Below the pieces are notes generated by a model. The model worked only from the letters and a program-made list of their open reading frames with translations, was not told the DNA's origin and made no database searches. DNA of 64,000 bases from Eledone cirrhosa (Eukaryota). The position numbers and the translations under genes are program-made. Below, in pieces: positions 1 to 11,000 of this stretch. Numbering within the stretch: the first letter of the stretch is position 1; each line of letters begins with the position of its first letter. The stretch lies in assembly GCA_964016885.1 (NCBI GenBank), contig OZ024742.1, forward strand, positions 53,940,001 through 54,004,000. The letters are read 5' to 3'.

Positions 1-515
1 CACATACACACACACACATACACATATATATATATATATACATATATACATATATATACACACATATATATATATATATATATATATGTACATAGATATA
101 TACATGCATATATACATACATACACATATATATACACACACATATACACTTATATATACATATAATTATTGGGGGGGGGGATTAAATTTATTAGTGAGAA
201 ATAGTAAATATATATAGTTTTCAAGGAACATAGAGTCATAACCTGAAGTTAAAGCATTATATATGTTTACTTAATGGTATCTGTTTTAGGAAATGATATT
301 TGTAAGAAGGAAAGCAAAATTATGTAGTTCATCAGTAGTAGAATATTAATTATAGGTTAACTAAATTAAAAATAGTTTATATATTAATTTCTAAAGTGTA
401 TATTAATTAGGTTTATAATTTTTAAAGCAGAATTATGTAGTTCATCAGTAGTAGAATATTAATTATAGGTTAACTAAATTAAAAATAATTTATAAATTAA
501 TTTCTAAAGTGTATA

Positions 516-1205
516 TTAATTAGGTTTATAATATTTAAAGGTTTTTCTCAGTTTATGATTACACGATATTATTAATTCCTGTCGCTTATTTAATAGGATA
601 TCCTTAGATTTCATTATTTCAAAAAGTTCTTGGGAACATAATCTACATTCATTTCTACTATTTTGATAAGGGGTGGCCCTTTTGAGCACACTCCAGGTCA
701 GGTCATATTCTATATTCCTCTTTCTATAACTATTTATTATTTCAGCTAGAGATGTTGTATTAGCTCGTGCGGCATTTTTAAAACTATGTTTGTGGGTATT
801 AAATCTTACCTTAAATTTGTTAGAGGTAGCTCCTATATATGAATAAATTGAGTCCTTAGTGGTAACTTTACATTTATATACTATGTTATTAACAAGGCAA
901 TTTCCTTTTAATGGACAGTTTGCCTTGTTTCTACAGTTACAACTTTTCGTGAATCCTGTATCTGAGGAGATATTATGGTTAGTTTGATGTACTGGTGGTA
1001 TACTCATGGTTTTTTTACATTTATATGCATTATAGGCACTTATATTTTGTTTTATGTTTTTGGTTGTTGAGTAGGAGAATTTAACCGTTGATCTATTTAA
1101 GATTTGATGGTATTTGTGGTTTGGCGGGAAGTTTTTCTCTAGGATATTAAAGAATTTTTTAGGTATATTATCCTTAAATTGTAAATTAAATGGAGCATTA
1201 TACCA
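516..1205 (-). CDS. C-terminal linker plus GIY-YIG endonuclease of a Penelope-like retroelement (partial)
   Basis: Open frame WYNAPF...KNFPPNHKYHQILNRSTVKFSYS...CNCRNKANCPLKGNCL..IVY..YIGATSNKFKVRFNTH...CRLC..E...LLNKRQE..SCNH. The frame extends upstream of the listed ATG at 1007. Confidence 0.85.
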   Translation of the reverse strand, partial: WYNAPFNLQFKDNIPKKFFNILEKNFPPNHKYHQILNRSTVKFSYSTTKNIKQNISAYNAYKCKKTMSIPPVHQTNHNISSDTGFTKSCNCRNKANCPLKGNCLVNNIVYKCKVTTKDSIYSYIGATSNKFKVRFNTHKHSFKNAARANTTSLAEIINSYRKRNIEYDLTWSVLKRATPYQNSRNECRLCSQELFEIMKSKDILLNKRQELIISCNHKLRKTFKYYKPN

Positions 1206-1662
1206 AGCTAATATTCTACTACTGATGAACTACATAATTCTGCTTTAAAAATTATAAACCTAATTAATATACACTTTAGAAATTAATATATAAACTATTT
1301 TTAATTTAGTTAACCTATAATTAATATTCTACTACTGATGAACTACATAATTTTGCTTTCCTTCTTACAAATATCATTTCCTAAAATAGATACCATTAAG
1401 TAAACATATATAATGCTTTAACTTCAGGTTATGACTCTATGTTCCTTGAAAACTATATATATTTACTATTTCTCACTAATAAATTTAATCCCCCCCCCAA
1501 TAATTATATGTATATATAAGAGTATATGTGTGTATATATATGTATATGTATGTATATATGCATGTATATATCTATGTACATATATATATATATATATATA
1601 TATGTGTATATATATGTATATATATATATATGTGTGTGTATGTGTGTGTGTGTATGTGTATA

Positions 1663-1694
<32 letters not shown>

Positions 1695-1695
1695 A

Positions 1696-1770
<75 letters not shown>

Positions 1771-2460
1771 TATGTGTATATATATGTATATATATATATA
1801 TGTATAAGTATATATATATAAATATTATTTTTATATTCTTTTAATTTCCCCTCATCTTTAACACCACTTTTCAACTGCATCTAACTCTTATTTATCATAT
1901 CTATATGTATTAGTATCATTTTATCAATATAAATATACCCATCAATTAGATTAATTTATATTCTTTTCATAGATGTATTTTTTTCACTAACTTTCTTATC
2001 TTAAAACTTTAGTCACCTTAGATATTTGTATTGACATTACTATTTTATAACAGCAACTGCTTGTATACCTTTTACTGACCACCTGACCTATTTTCACCCC
2101 TAAAATAAGCTTCAATTACTACTATTTTACCATTTGGCCAATTATTAACTTTCTATTGGTTAATTCTAAACCTCTTACCAAACAGACAGAATATATTAGA
2201 TCTTTGTTGGTTTTATTCAATGAACAAATAAAATTATTTCTGAGGTCAGCATAAGACCTATTTCTTCCCTAAAATAATCCTTCATTCATAATATTCTTTT
2301 CCATCCAAAACTGAAATCTACCTTCCTCTACCCATAATTTAAGGTTCTTCTACTACTATATTACTATCCTGACCCTCACTATCTCTCTATTGGTCAATTC
2401 AAAACCTGTTCCCAAACAGACCTATTGTATTGAATCTTTGTTTTTTTCAATAAACAAATA

Positions 2461-2602
2461 TCATTATTTCTGAAGACAGCATATATATGTGTAGGTATGT
2501 ATATTCCCTCTGATAGTTTGTATAAATATTGTACATAGATCTATAGAATATGCATACCAACTCTAACACATATATATCCTAGAAACGATCGTAAAATGAT
2601 GA
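2461..2602 (+). ncRNA. Type I hammerhead ribozyme with long stem II
   Basis: tcattattt-CTGAAGA-[~105 nt hairpin: atatatatgtgt/acacatatatat, ggtatgtatattc/gaatatgcatacc]-GAAA-cgatcg-TA-aaatgatga. Stem I is 9 bp and stem III is palindromic. Confidence 0.8.
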
Positions 2603-2788
2603 ATTTTTTTAATATAAGGAACTGTTTCTTTGTTTATTCATTATTTTATTAATTCATCTTGACTCTGTTTTCCGTTTATTTTTCACCGAAAGTAGTTTTT
2701 GAATGCATCTTCTCTTTTCATGATATCCGGATTACATTGAGTTCTTCATACGGATTGGACACTACCGTAAACTTTTGGTAGATTTATC

Positions 2789-2819
<31 letters not shown>

Positions 2820-2969
2820 GGAAATTTAGTAAAATCGAATCTTTGGCGGTTCGCAAGCAAATTCGGCCTACTTATATGAAATGATGAGTTAGCAAAGCAC
2901 TCGATAAGGTAGGTCCTTAGTGTAATAACATACGTTTAAATAGCTTGAGAAATCGAACATTGTGGTAGG

Positions 2970-3016
<47 letters not shown>

Positions 3017-3081
3017 ATAAGAAAAAGCGAAGTAGTTTCAGATGTTAAAGTCCTTTAATAATAATGCTGTGATACATATTT

Positions 3082-3142
3082 CAATGGCGACAGTGGCCAC
3101 ACTGTTTCGTGCGCCAATGCCGCGACATCGTCAGACAGCTTG
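3082..3142 (-). ncRNA. Hammerhead ribozyme candidate (GUC cleavage site)
   Basis: CTGACGA-tgtcgcggcattggcgcac-GAAA-cagtg tggc cactg-TC. Stem III is strong, stem I is weak or bulged. Confidence 0.55.
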
Positions 3143-3938
3143 TTACATAATAAGGTTATGTTTCCGAGGCAATCCAAATTGAATCGACATGGGAACGGAC
3201 GAAGCGTGTACTCTTGGCTTCTTCGTCCGTTCCCTTGTGAGTACCAATTCACCCCCACAGGTCTGCGCACGCGCAGGTCCGAAGGAAGTTGACCATCAAC
3301 TACCGCAGAGTTCTACGAAATTCGCCTAGGCACTTCGCTCTCTCAACCAAACAATGACCTATTCAGGCCTGTAATATATAGCTTACTGCTAGCCACCCTG
3401 TCAGTGGCAGTCAGCCGAAAGGTAGTGGGGTTGGGAGTAAATATGAGTATTAATAGGTTCAATACTACCCTACATTAAGCATGGACGGTAGAATTGACCA
3501 TCAACCTCTAAGAGAAAATATATACTTAATTCTAGGTATTATGGTTGCACAGTGGAAATTATAAATGAGAGTTGGAAATTAAAACTAAAAATTAAAAATC
3601 AAAAATTAAAAAAATTACAAGTGAGAATCTAGATTGAAGTGAGTAAAAAAAATATGTGCACCTATATTAACTAATACATAGGGAGATGTTTGAGTAAGAA
3701 TTTTTGAAAGGGGCATCAATGTTACAGATATATTATCTACATACTGAACGATAGTACCGTACAGTAGAACGGATGGTAAATTACACTATGAAAGGTAGTA
3801 GTTTGGCGGGTACATTTTTCTATCACATGGAACAAAACCCCCCCAAAACACAGATATAAAATACACAAAAAACAAAAAAAATATCTAAAAAATACAAACA
3901 ATACATATAAGGCAAAATGAGATAGGAGATACATGATT

Positions 3939-4169
3939 AATATGATTGTCAATTTGTCCATATATAGATTGAATTGAGGGGGCTTCTGTTCAAATGCAAT
4001 TTGGTGCAGGAAAATAGGGATTTATCGTTGTTTTTGTTTCCGCGTATTTCGGCAGGATAAATACGCGGAAACAAAAACAACGATAAACCCCTATTTTCCT
4101 GCAGCCAATTGCATTTGAACAGAAGCCCCCTCAATTCAATCTATATATGGACAAATTGACAATCATATT
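3939..4169. repeat. Fold-back inverted repeat (~111 bp arms, 9 nt loop)
   Basis: 3939-4049 is the near-perfect reverse complement of 4059-4169. Confidence 0.85.
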
Positions 4170-4429
4170 GTGTGTCACAAAAACAAGATAGCGTAGGACA
4201 GAACAAAGGAGAGGCACAAAACAAAGAAAATAATCCCCAGTCACTGAAGAGGTCACAGAATGTGTGACGAAAGAACTTTGACAATATATGAACAACCGTC
4301 CGGTGTGGAACCAACCAACCAACCGGAAATTTATAAATTCTTAAATTTATAAATTTAATTTATAATAAATTGGAGTGAAAGCAACTGGTGCGTGTGTTTC
4401 TTATTGGCAACATAACCCTCCCAAAGTAT

Positions 4430-4437
<8 letters not shown>
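4170..4437 (+). mobile_element. PLE pLTR 3' fragment, same family as the 17.5-19.6 kb palindromic element
   Basis: Homologous to about 19310-19578. Shares the HHR and the terminus ...cccaaagtataacaat followed by (TA)n. Confidence 0.8.
4240..4282 (+). ncRNA. Minimal type I hammerhead ribozyme
   Basis: gtca-CTGAAGA-g-gtcaca gaatg tgtgac-GAAA-gaac-TT-tgac. Confidence 0.75.
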
Positions 4438-4471
<34 letters not shown>

Positions 4472-4473
<2 letters not shown>

Positions 4474-5036
4474 CTCACTCGATATGCAAATTAGGCTGCT
4501 CAGCCGTTAATATGCATATACATGTATGTACGTATACATACTTATATTTAAGTAACAGCCGTACTAAGAGTGAGAAATGAAATTTCGTTTCATTGTTTCC
4601 GTTTATCGTTTTCGGTGCGCCCGGCCGATTAACTCACTCGATATGCAAATTAGGCTGCTCAGCTGTTAATATGCATAAGGAAAGTGTATACTTTCAGACG
4701 TTCAATCATCTGGCAGGAAGGTATACGTTGCTGACGATAGCTAATAAGCTTGAAACTAGTACAGCATTCCTTTGTCAGTGTTGAACAAAATGAGCAACTA
4801 TGGTTGCTAGACACTGTACGGTTTAATTCGGGATGTTTGTTTACAAACACACCGAGCATTATAATAAATATTCGGTGAATCCATACGTACATATATATAT
4901 GTGTGCATGTATGTATATATATATATAGGTACTACTGTACGTCTGTATACATATATGTATGTACGTACACATACATATATTTAAGTAACAGCCGTACTAA
5001 GAGTGAGAAATGAAATTTCGTTTAATTTTTTCCGTT

Positions 5037-5038
<2 letters not shown>
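4472..5038 (+). repeat. HHR-containing element with ~433 bp direct-repeat periodicity, inserted in (TA)n
   Basis: aacagccgtactaagagtgagaaatgaaatttcg occurs at ~4554 and ~4987, with a variant at ~6148. aactcactcgatatgcaaattaggctgctcag occurs at ~4472 and ~4631. Confidence 0.65.
4727..4765 (+). ncRNA. Minimal type I hammerhead ribozyme
   Basis: gttg-CTGACGA-tagct aata agctt-GAAA-ctag-TA-cagc. Stem III is the palindrome ACTAGT. Confidence 0.8.
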
Positions 5039-5079
<41 letters not shown>

Positions 5080-5169
5080 GTAGAACACGGAGCGTATGTG
5101 CATAAACACACATGCACCGTGTCGTATTTTGACAGTATTTTATAAGCTCAATATATGTATGTATATATA

Positions 5170-5284
5170 TAGGAGAAAGTATGACCCCGACGGCAGAGCT
5201 CAAGCCGTTTCGACTGCTATTTATGGACCAGAAATAGCCATCGAAACGGCTGGAGCTCTGCCGTCAGGGTCATACTTTCTCCTA
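5170..5284. mobile_element. Short fold-back/MITE-like hairpin element
   Basis: taggagaaagtatgaccc...gggtcatactttctccta. Arms of ~53 bp, TA at both ends. Confidence 0.65.
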
Positions 5285-5361
5285 TTACCCACTTTACTGC
5301 CCTAAGTATTGAGTACTCTGGTGCGTTATGGCCGATCTGGTTGCTTACCACAAATCCTTCG

Positions 5362-5429
<68 letters not shown>

Positions 5430-5852
5430 AATATTACGCGGTGGTGACCTATCACAAAGATTACTGGTGACACCACCTAATCTCGCACTAACGATTTTTG
5501 CAACGTCACAATGAGTTCTAACAACGTTATCAGCCCTCACCATATGTATATATATATATATTGAGAAGTAAAAATACCAGACATAATTGATATGTTCTCA
5601 TAACTTTAATTCGTATATAGCAGCTGCAAATCCTTTATTTTATCGGGCTGCTGTAACTAACACATTCACCTCCCTTTCTAGCAGAAATAACGTCCAGTTT
5701 TGTTTGTATCTGTAGCCTTGGTTTAAACGTAACTACACCATGCTGCATTGCGCATGGAAATGTATCGTTGAATTTTCAGTTATAAACAGTTATTTTTTAT
5801 TATATACTATATCGCACCCTATATATATTTATTTCGCTTTATATAATTGACG

Positions 5853-5982
5853 AATTCCTCTGATGATTAATTCGCATCTCCCATAATTTAACTAAAATCA
5901 AGAGTTGGTGATCGATGATCGATTGTTTAGGTTGGTTTTAAGTTCTACTCCTTCGAATCATGGAATAGTGCTAATAGGAATT
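5853..5982 (+). ncRNA. Degenerate hammerhead ribozyme with long stem II
   Basis: aattcct-CTGATGA-ttaattcg...cgaatcat-GGAA-tagtgcta-AT-aggaatt. Stem I is a perfect 7 bp, but GAAA and UH are mutated. Confidence 0.5.
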
Positions 5983-6192
5983 ATAATTCTTTCCATCTAA
6001 ATTACATATTTTCCCATGATATATGTACTTTGTATATATAGAAATTACTATGTGTTCTCATAACACATATGGTCATTGCTCTCTGCCCCTCTCTCTCTAT
6101 ATATATACATATATCTATTAACTTAGATTATATATATATATATATATAACAGCCGCACTAAGAGTGAGAAATGAAATTTCGTTTCACTTTTT

Positions 6193-6259
<67 letters not shown>

Positions 6260-6436
6260 ATACATTAACAGAGAAAGCTTTAAGCAATACTTCCACCGGC
6301 TTCCGTTTCGCTCAACAAACATTAGGATATACCTTAGTATAATCACAATTATACGTTTGGGGTGCTAACTATACGTATTTTGCGGATAGCCAGTTGTATT
6401 ATTTTATATGAGACATAATTAAAATACATCTCTCTT

Positions 6437-6558
6437 TCCAAACGATCGTTTCATTATAAGTTCTCTACAAATTGGGAAAATAATGTCCATGTTATGTAGA
6501 AGCCTACACATAGTCCGTAGGAATATATGTAGGTGGGCACTTATAAATCATCAGTGGA
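6437..6558 (-). ncRNA. Type I hammerhead ribozyme with branched stem II
   Basis: tcca-CTGATGA-tttataagt-[hairpin cctacatata/tatgtgtagg; hairpin tctaca/tgtaga]-acttataat-GAAA-cgatcg-TT-tgga. Confidence 0.75.
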
Positions 6559-6631
6559 TGCCCGACAAATATCGATATAAAAAAACCTTACCGATATATA
6601 TATATATATAAATATATATATATATAACATC

Positions 6632-6697
6632 TCAGTCTGACGACCGATCCAGACGTATATTATTATTGTCTGGGATCCAGAAACCTTTGGTAATGGA
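6632..6697 (+). ncRNA. Hammerhead ribozyme, partly decayed
   Basis: tcagt-CTGACGA-cc gatccagac...gtctgggatc ca-GAAA-cctttgg-TA-atgga. Confidence 0.55.
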
Positions 6698-6984
6698 TTA
6701 GTTATATTTTGTGTTGCTCACTTTGTAATTAAATAGCTCTGTTCTATACATTGAGCACTCTTTTTCCTTTGTTTTTCCTTCGGAATTACCTAACACACAC
6801 ACACACACACACACGCACACACATATATATATATATATACTATATATACTATATATACTCACACAATTATACACACATTCATTTAACTATCTCTGTCTCT
6901 ATCTATATATATGTGTGTATATATGTATATATATATATGCATATATGTATAATTACATATATACATATATATACATATATCTAT

Positions 6985-7076
<92 letters not shown>

Positions 7077-8053
7077 TATATGCAGATATTTATTTAATTA
7101 CATATAGTTTTCTAGTAATAATACTTTGCAGGTGTACTGGATTATGGACTCACTATTTGCTATTATGGGAGACTGTTTACTAGCATCTCTCCTGTGGTTA
7201 TTGACTGAAGAAAACTGTTTCGTTTTCACCATTCATATTATCAAATTACAAGAGTATCTATCTTAAATGAAACTAGGATTTCTTAGTGAAGTATTGTTAT
7301 TTCAGATTATTATCTTGTTGCAGTTTTAATAAATGAATAAATTGCAAGAGATACAACTGGGGTTGACACAGCTGGAAGAGTCACAGCTGGAAGCGACACA
7401 TTATAATACTATACAACCGATCTTCGCAGTGAAATGCCAATTAAACTTACAAAATAGTTCGAATTAACTAGACACCTACGCTGCTGAAGGTATTTGAATA
7501 GAGACTCGGCTAATGTAATACCGGGTGCCCCAAAGTCGCACAGGTGTCGCAACTGTTTATAATTCTTTTATTTTATAATATTTTTCTTTTCTTTTCAGGA
7601 ATTATATGCACTAGGTCTGGGAAATTAATTATGAAAAAATACAGCACCGAGCAAGTGGATACATAATCACGGAATACCAACGCCTGAGTTAAGTACATAT
7701 TTCAATACAACCATCAGAAGTACACGACAACATGGATATATAATTGAGAATATCTCCGATGTACTATCATGAGCACAAAAGTAACAGAAGAAATAATTCC
7801 GTGAATAATTCAACTTATAAGAAATTCCTATGTTGGAATTTAAAAAAAACAACGTTTTAATGAAAAAATCACTGGACAAATTTTCCAAGCAACATCAAAT
7901 CACAGGAGCTCCAGTGGTAGAATAGAAGCAGCATGGTTGGAAAACATGCATGTGCGTGTTTGGTCTCTCTTGGTGACGGTTCGTTTTGATAGGAGCCTCT
8001 AAAATCATAATAATAATACTAATAAATATAATGATAATAATAATAATAATAAT

Positions 8054-11000
8054 GCTTTCTTTATTAACCACAAGGGTTTACATAAAGTAGACATTAAAGA
8101 CAATACAGGACAATACAGGACGGTACAAATGAGCATTTCTGCGTGTAAAAAACAAAAACAGAGGATGTAACAAAAAAATAACAATGAAAAATTCCCCAAT
8201 ACGGGGTAGACTTCCGAGGGACATTCGTGGATAAAGCCCATTAAAAAGCCACAGAGACCGTGACCACCAAGGCAAGTGCCCTCTCCCAGTTTTCCACCTT
8301 TAATTTACAGACACATACTCAGAGTAGGCCCTCGGGCCATTCTTCCCTCTCTCACCCATCTTTCAACAAAATGCTGGGAAGAGAGCACTTCCCTCTCTAC
8401 CCTGATTTTCCTTTTCAAATGAAATTTGATAAAGTTAATCAGGGAATCACCGAAGAGGTCGTGCTCGTCTTCAGCCCTTTCAAACGTGTCCACCATACTA
8501 TCTCTTTCGCCATGGCCACCAGACAGATAAAAACTGCCTGCTCTTCCCGGCTAAAGGAAGAGGGCGGGGAAATCCTCACGATGGACTCAGCTGATAGCTG
8601 GATCCGTCCTACACGCGACAGCAGGTGTTCGACATAAACTCAGAAGTCAGCAATGGACACTGGACACTGGACACTGGACGAGTGCGTGCAGCACGGTTTC
8701 GTCGCTCTGTGCGCATTCGGACATGCCCGGCTGACGGCACCTCCATGCGAGTAGAGTTTATCCCGAACTGGCAAAGCTCCTCGGTAGCACTGCCAGGCCA
8801 GGGATTTCTGGAAGTTGTCCATAGGCCCCGGCCCGAAAGTTTTTCTAAAGAGATTGGCTAGTTGATTTTCGTCGACGCCTAGAGTTTCCCCAAGTACGTC
8901 GTCGCTCTTCCGCTCCACTAATCCTCTATAGAATGCCAACGTGGAGTTTCCACCAATCACATTGCCCGAGTGGTCGGGGGCGGTGATCGCCTGAAGACAT
9001 TCCAGTCTCCAAGCGCTCCCTCTGTGTCTTCGCTTGACCCAGGACTGCAGCTGCGTCAAGGAGACGAGCTGGGGAAAGACGCGTCTAGCAAACGGCGACC
9101 ACACCTGATCACCGTCGAGGAAGAGGTGGAGATGTCGTAGCCTGAGTGTGTGTCTGCGCATCATCAGCCATGGCATGCCCAGCCCTCCACGTTACGGGTG
9201 TTGACAGCAGATGGACCGCCTGACCATCAGAGCGCGTCTCTTCCACAAATAGCGAAAGAGCAAACGCTTCACCGCAATCAGGTGGGGCTTAGGACAAGGT
9301 ACGACAGTTAGGCGGTAGTAGATGACGGACGCGATGTACCCGTTAGCCACCTCCGCTCGACCTTTCAGAGATAGCTTCCTCTCCGCCCATTTCTGGGTGA
9401 GAGAAGTCACCCTGCTCGTCACCTCGTCTCAGTTTTTGTCCGTCTGGAGGTTCGGACCGAACCAGACCTCTAGCAATTTAACCGGTCCGTCCGGAACTAA
9501 TCACTGAGGGAAGTAGGCCACGATGCTGTTGGACGGTATGGAGCTGCCTCTCCAGATGCCGAGCTGCAGGCCCGCCGACTTTTCCTGGTTGATCATTGCT
9601 CCTGTCACCGCTTCGTATTCTCTTAGTGTGGTGCCGATCGCCTCGATGTGTTTGGCGTTCGACACCACTACGGAGACATCGTCCGCATATACTGACACGG
9701 ATCCTCCGCATCCTAGTTATCGCGGGACCCCCTCAACGTCTCCAGTTTGTGCAGTAATGGCTCGAGTGTCAATACGTACACGAGGGACGAGAAGGGACAT
9801 CCTTGGCGGATCGAGCGCCTGATGTTGAACGCTTCCGAAAGGTGACCGTTCACTCTCACCACAGAGCAGATGTCGCTGTGCATGGCAGTCATCCAGCCTC
9901 TGAAGACGGGCCCAAAGCCAGCCACCCTCAGGACTGCCGCCAGATAACGATGGTCGACCCTATCGAAAGCTTTCGACTGATCTAAATTGATCAAGGCCCC
10001 ATCCGTGCCAGGTTCCCTAGTTACCCCGACTACGATGTATCACATGAGGTAGAGGTTGTCGTGAATGGATCTGTTTTGAATGGTGCATGTCTGCGCCTAT
10101 CCCACCAGACCACCAACGACAAGCGCCAACCTCTTTGCTAGCACCTTAGCCAAAATCTTGAACTCTGTGTTTAGCAGAGTTATGGTCCTGAAATTATCTA
10201 TGTTATCCCCCTTGTTCGGATCCTCTCTCAGCAACGCCACCGCTTCTCGGCTCACAGAGCTGGGCATTCTCCCGTTCTGTTGCCAGTTGCAGTAGACGTC
10301 CGCCAAGAGGCCTCCGAACAAGCCTGGCATCTGTACGTAAAGTTGATAGGGCAGACCATCCTAACCAGGCGATTTACCCCTTGTGCAGCCAGACATTGCC
10401 TCCCGTACTTCAGCTGCTGTTATCAGATTTTCGCAACACTCCGCCTCAGTGGCTGAGAGCCGCGGTAGTCCGTCGAGGTAGGCACTAAAGTCCATCCCTC
10501 GATCCGGCCCGCGGCTGCCCCCAAACAGTTGAGCGAAGTGTCGCTGAAAATGTTCACACATTTGCTGTGTCTGAGAGCACGCACTCTAGCTCTGACAACG
10601 CAGCCTTCGTGCTTTGCATTGAAAAATTGGTCAAGGGCCAATTTCGCCGCAAGTACGTCGACAAATTTTCGAATTAGCGCCTCGACTAATTTTCGAATTA
10701 GGTCTCCCTCTGTTCTATATTTCTCTATTGCTAAAGCCTTACTAAACCTAATGGACACTATTCTAATCGCTCTTTTCAGTGCAAACCATCATTTGTTGTT
10801 GACGATGGCCCCCGCCAACGCCCGCTTAACTAGTTTGCTAATCCCGTCTCTGTAGGGCTTGCGCGCTGTTAATGACGCGTTTAGCTTCCAGTAGCCTGGT
10901 CTTTGTTTATGAAGCCTATGTGAGTCAACCACACAGATCATGAATTTGTGGGACGTGCAGCTGACTATCTTGAATTGTGGACAGCCTAGGCTAGACTTAT

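Larger units (their letters stand above)
1..2790 (-). mobile_element. 5'-truncated Penelope-like element (Naiad-like GIY-YIG) with an inverted copy of its 3' region/pLTR
   Basis: GIY-YIG coding region on the minus strand at 516-1205. About 1211-1660 is the reverse complement of about 1-460. The inverted copy appears to continue to about 2790, ends in (TA)n and contains an HHR. Confidence 0.8.

Noticed and set aside
1216-1460. CTGATGA motifs as an HHR, or a SECIS for a Naiad selenoprotein
   Set aside because: No properly placed GAAA or stem I partner. The visible ORF has no in-frame TGA and I see no SECIS quartet.
1431-1844. ORFs rich in YI, CV, HT or LS repeats here and elsewhere (e.g. 6751, 52797, 54469, 59065, 62244)
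   Set aside because: They are translations of dinucleotide microsatellites, not proteins.
2880-2930. Possible HHR (atgatga...gata...)
   Set aside because: Two core mismatches and no stem I.
7519-7560. Tc1/mariner-like TIR (ta-ccgggtgccccaaag)
   Set aside because: No partner TIR or transposase seen.
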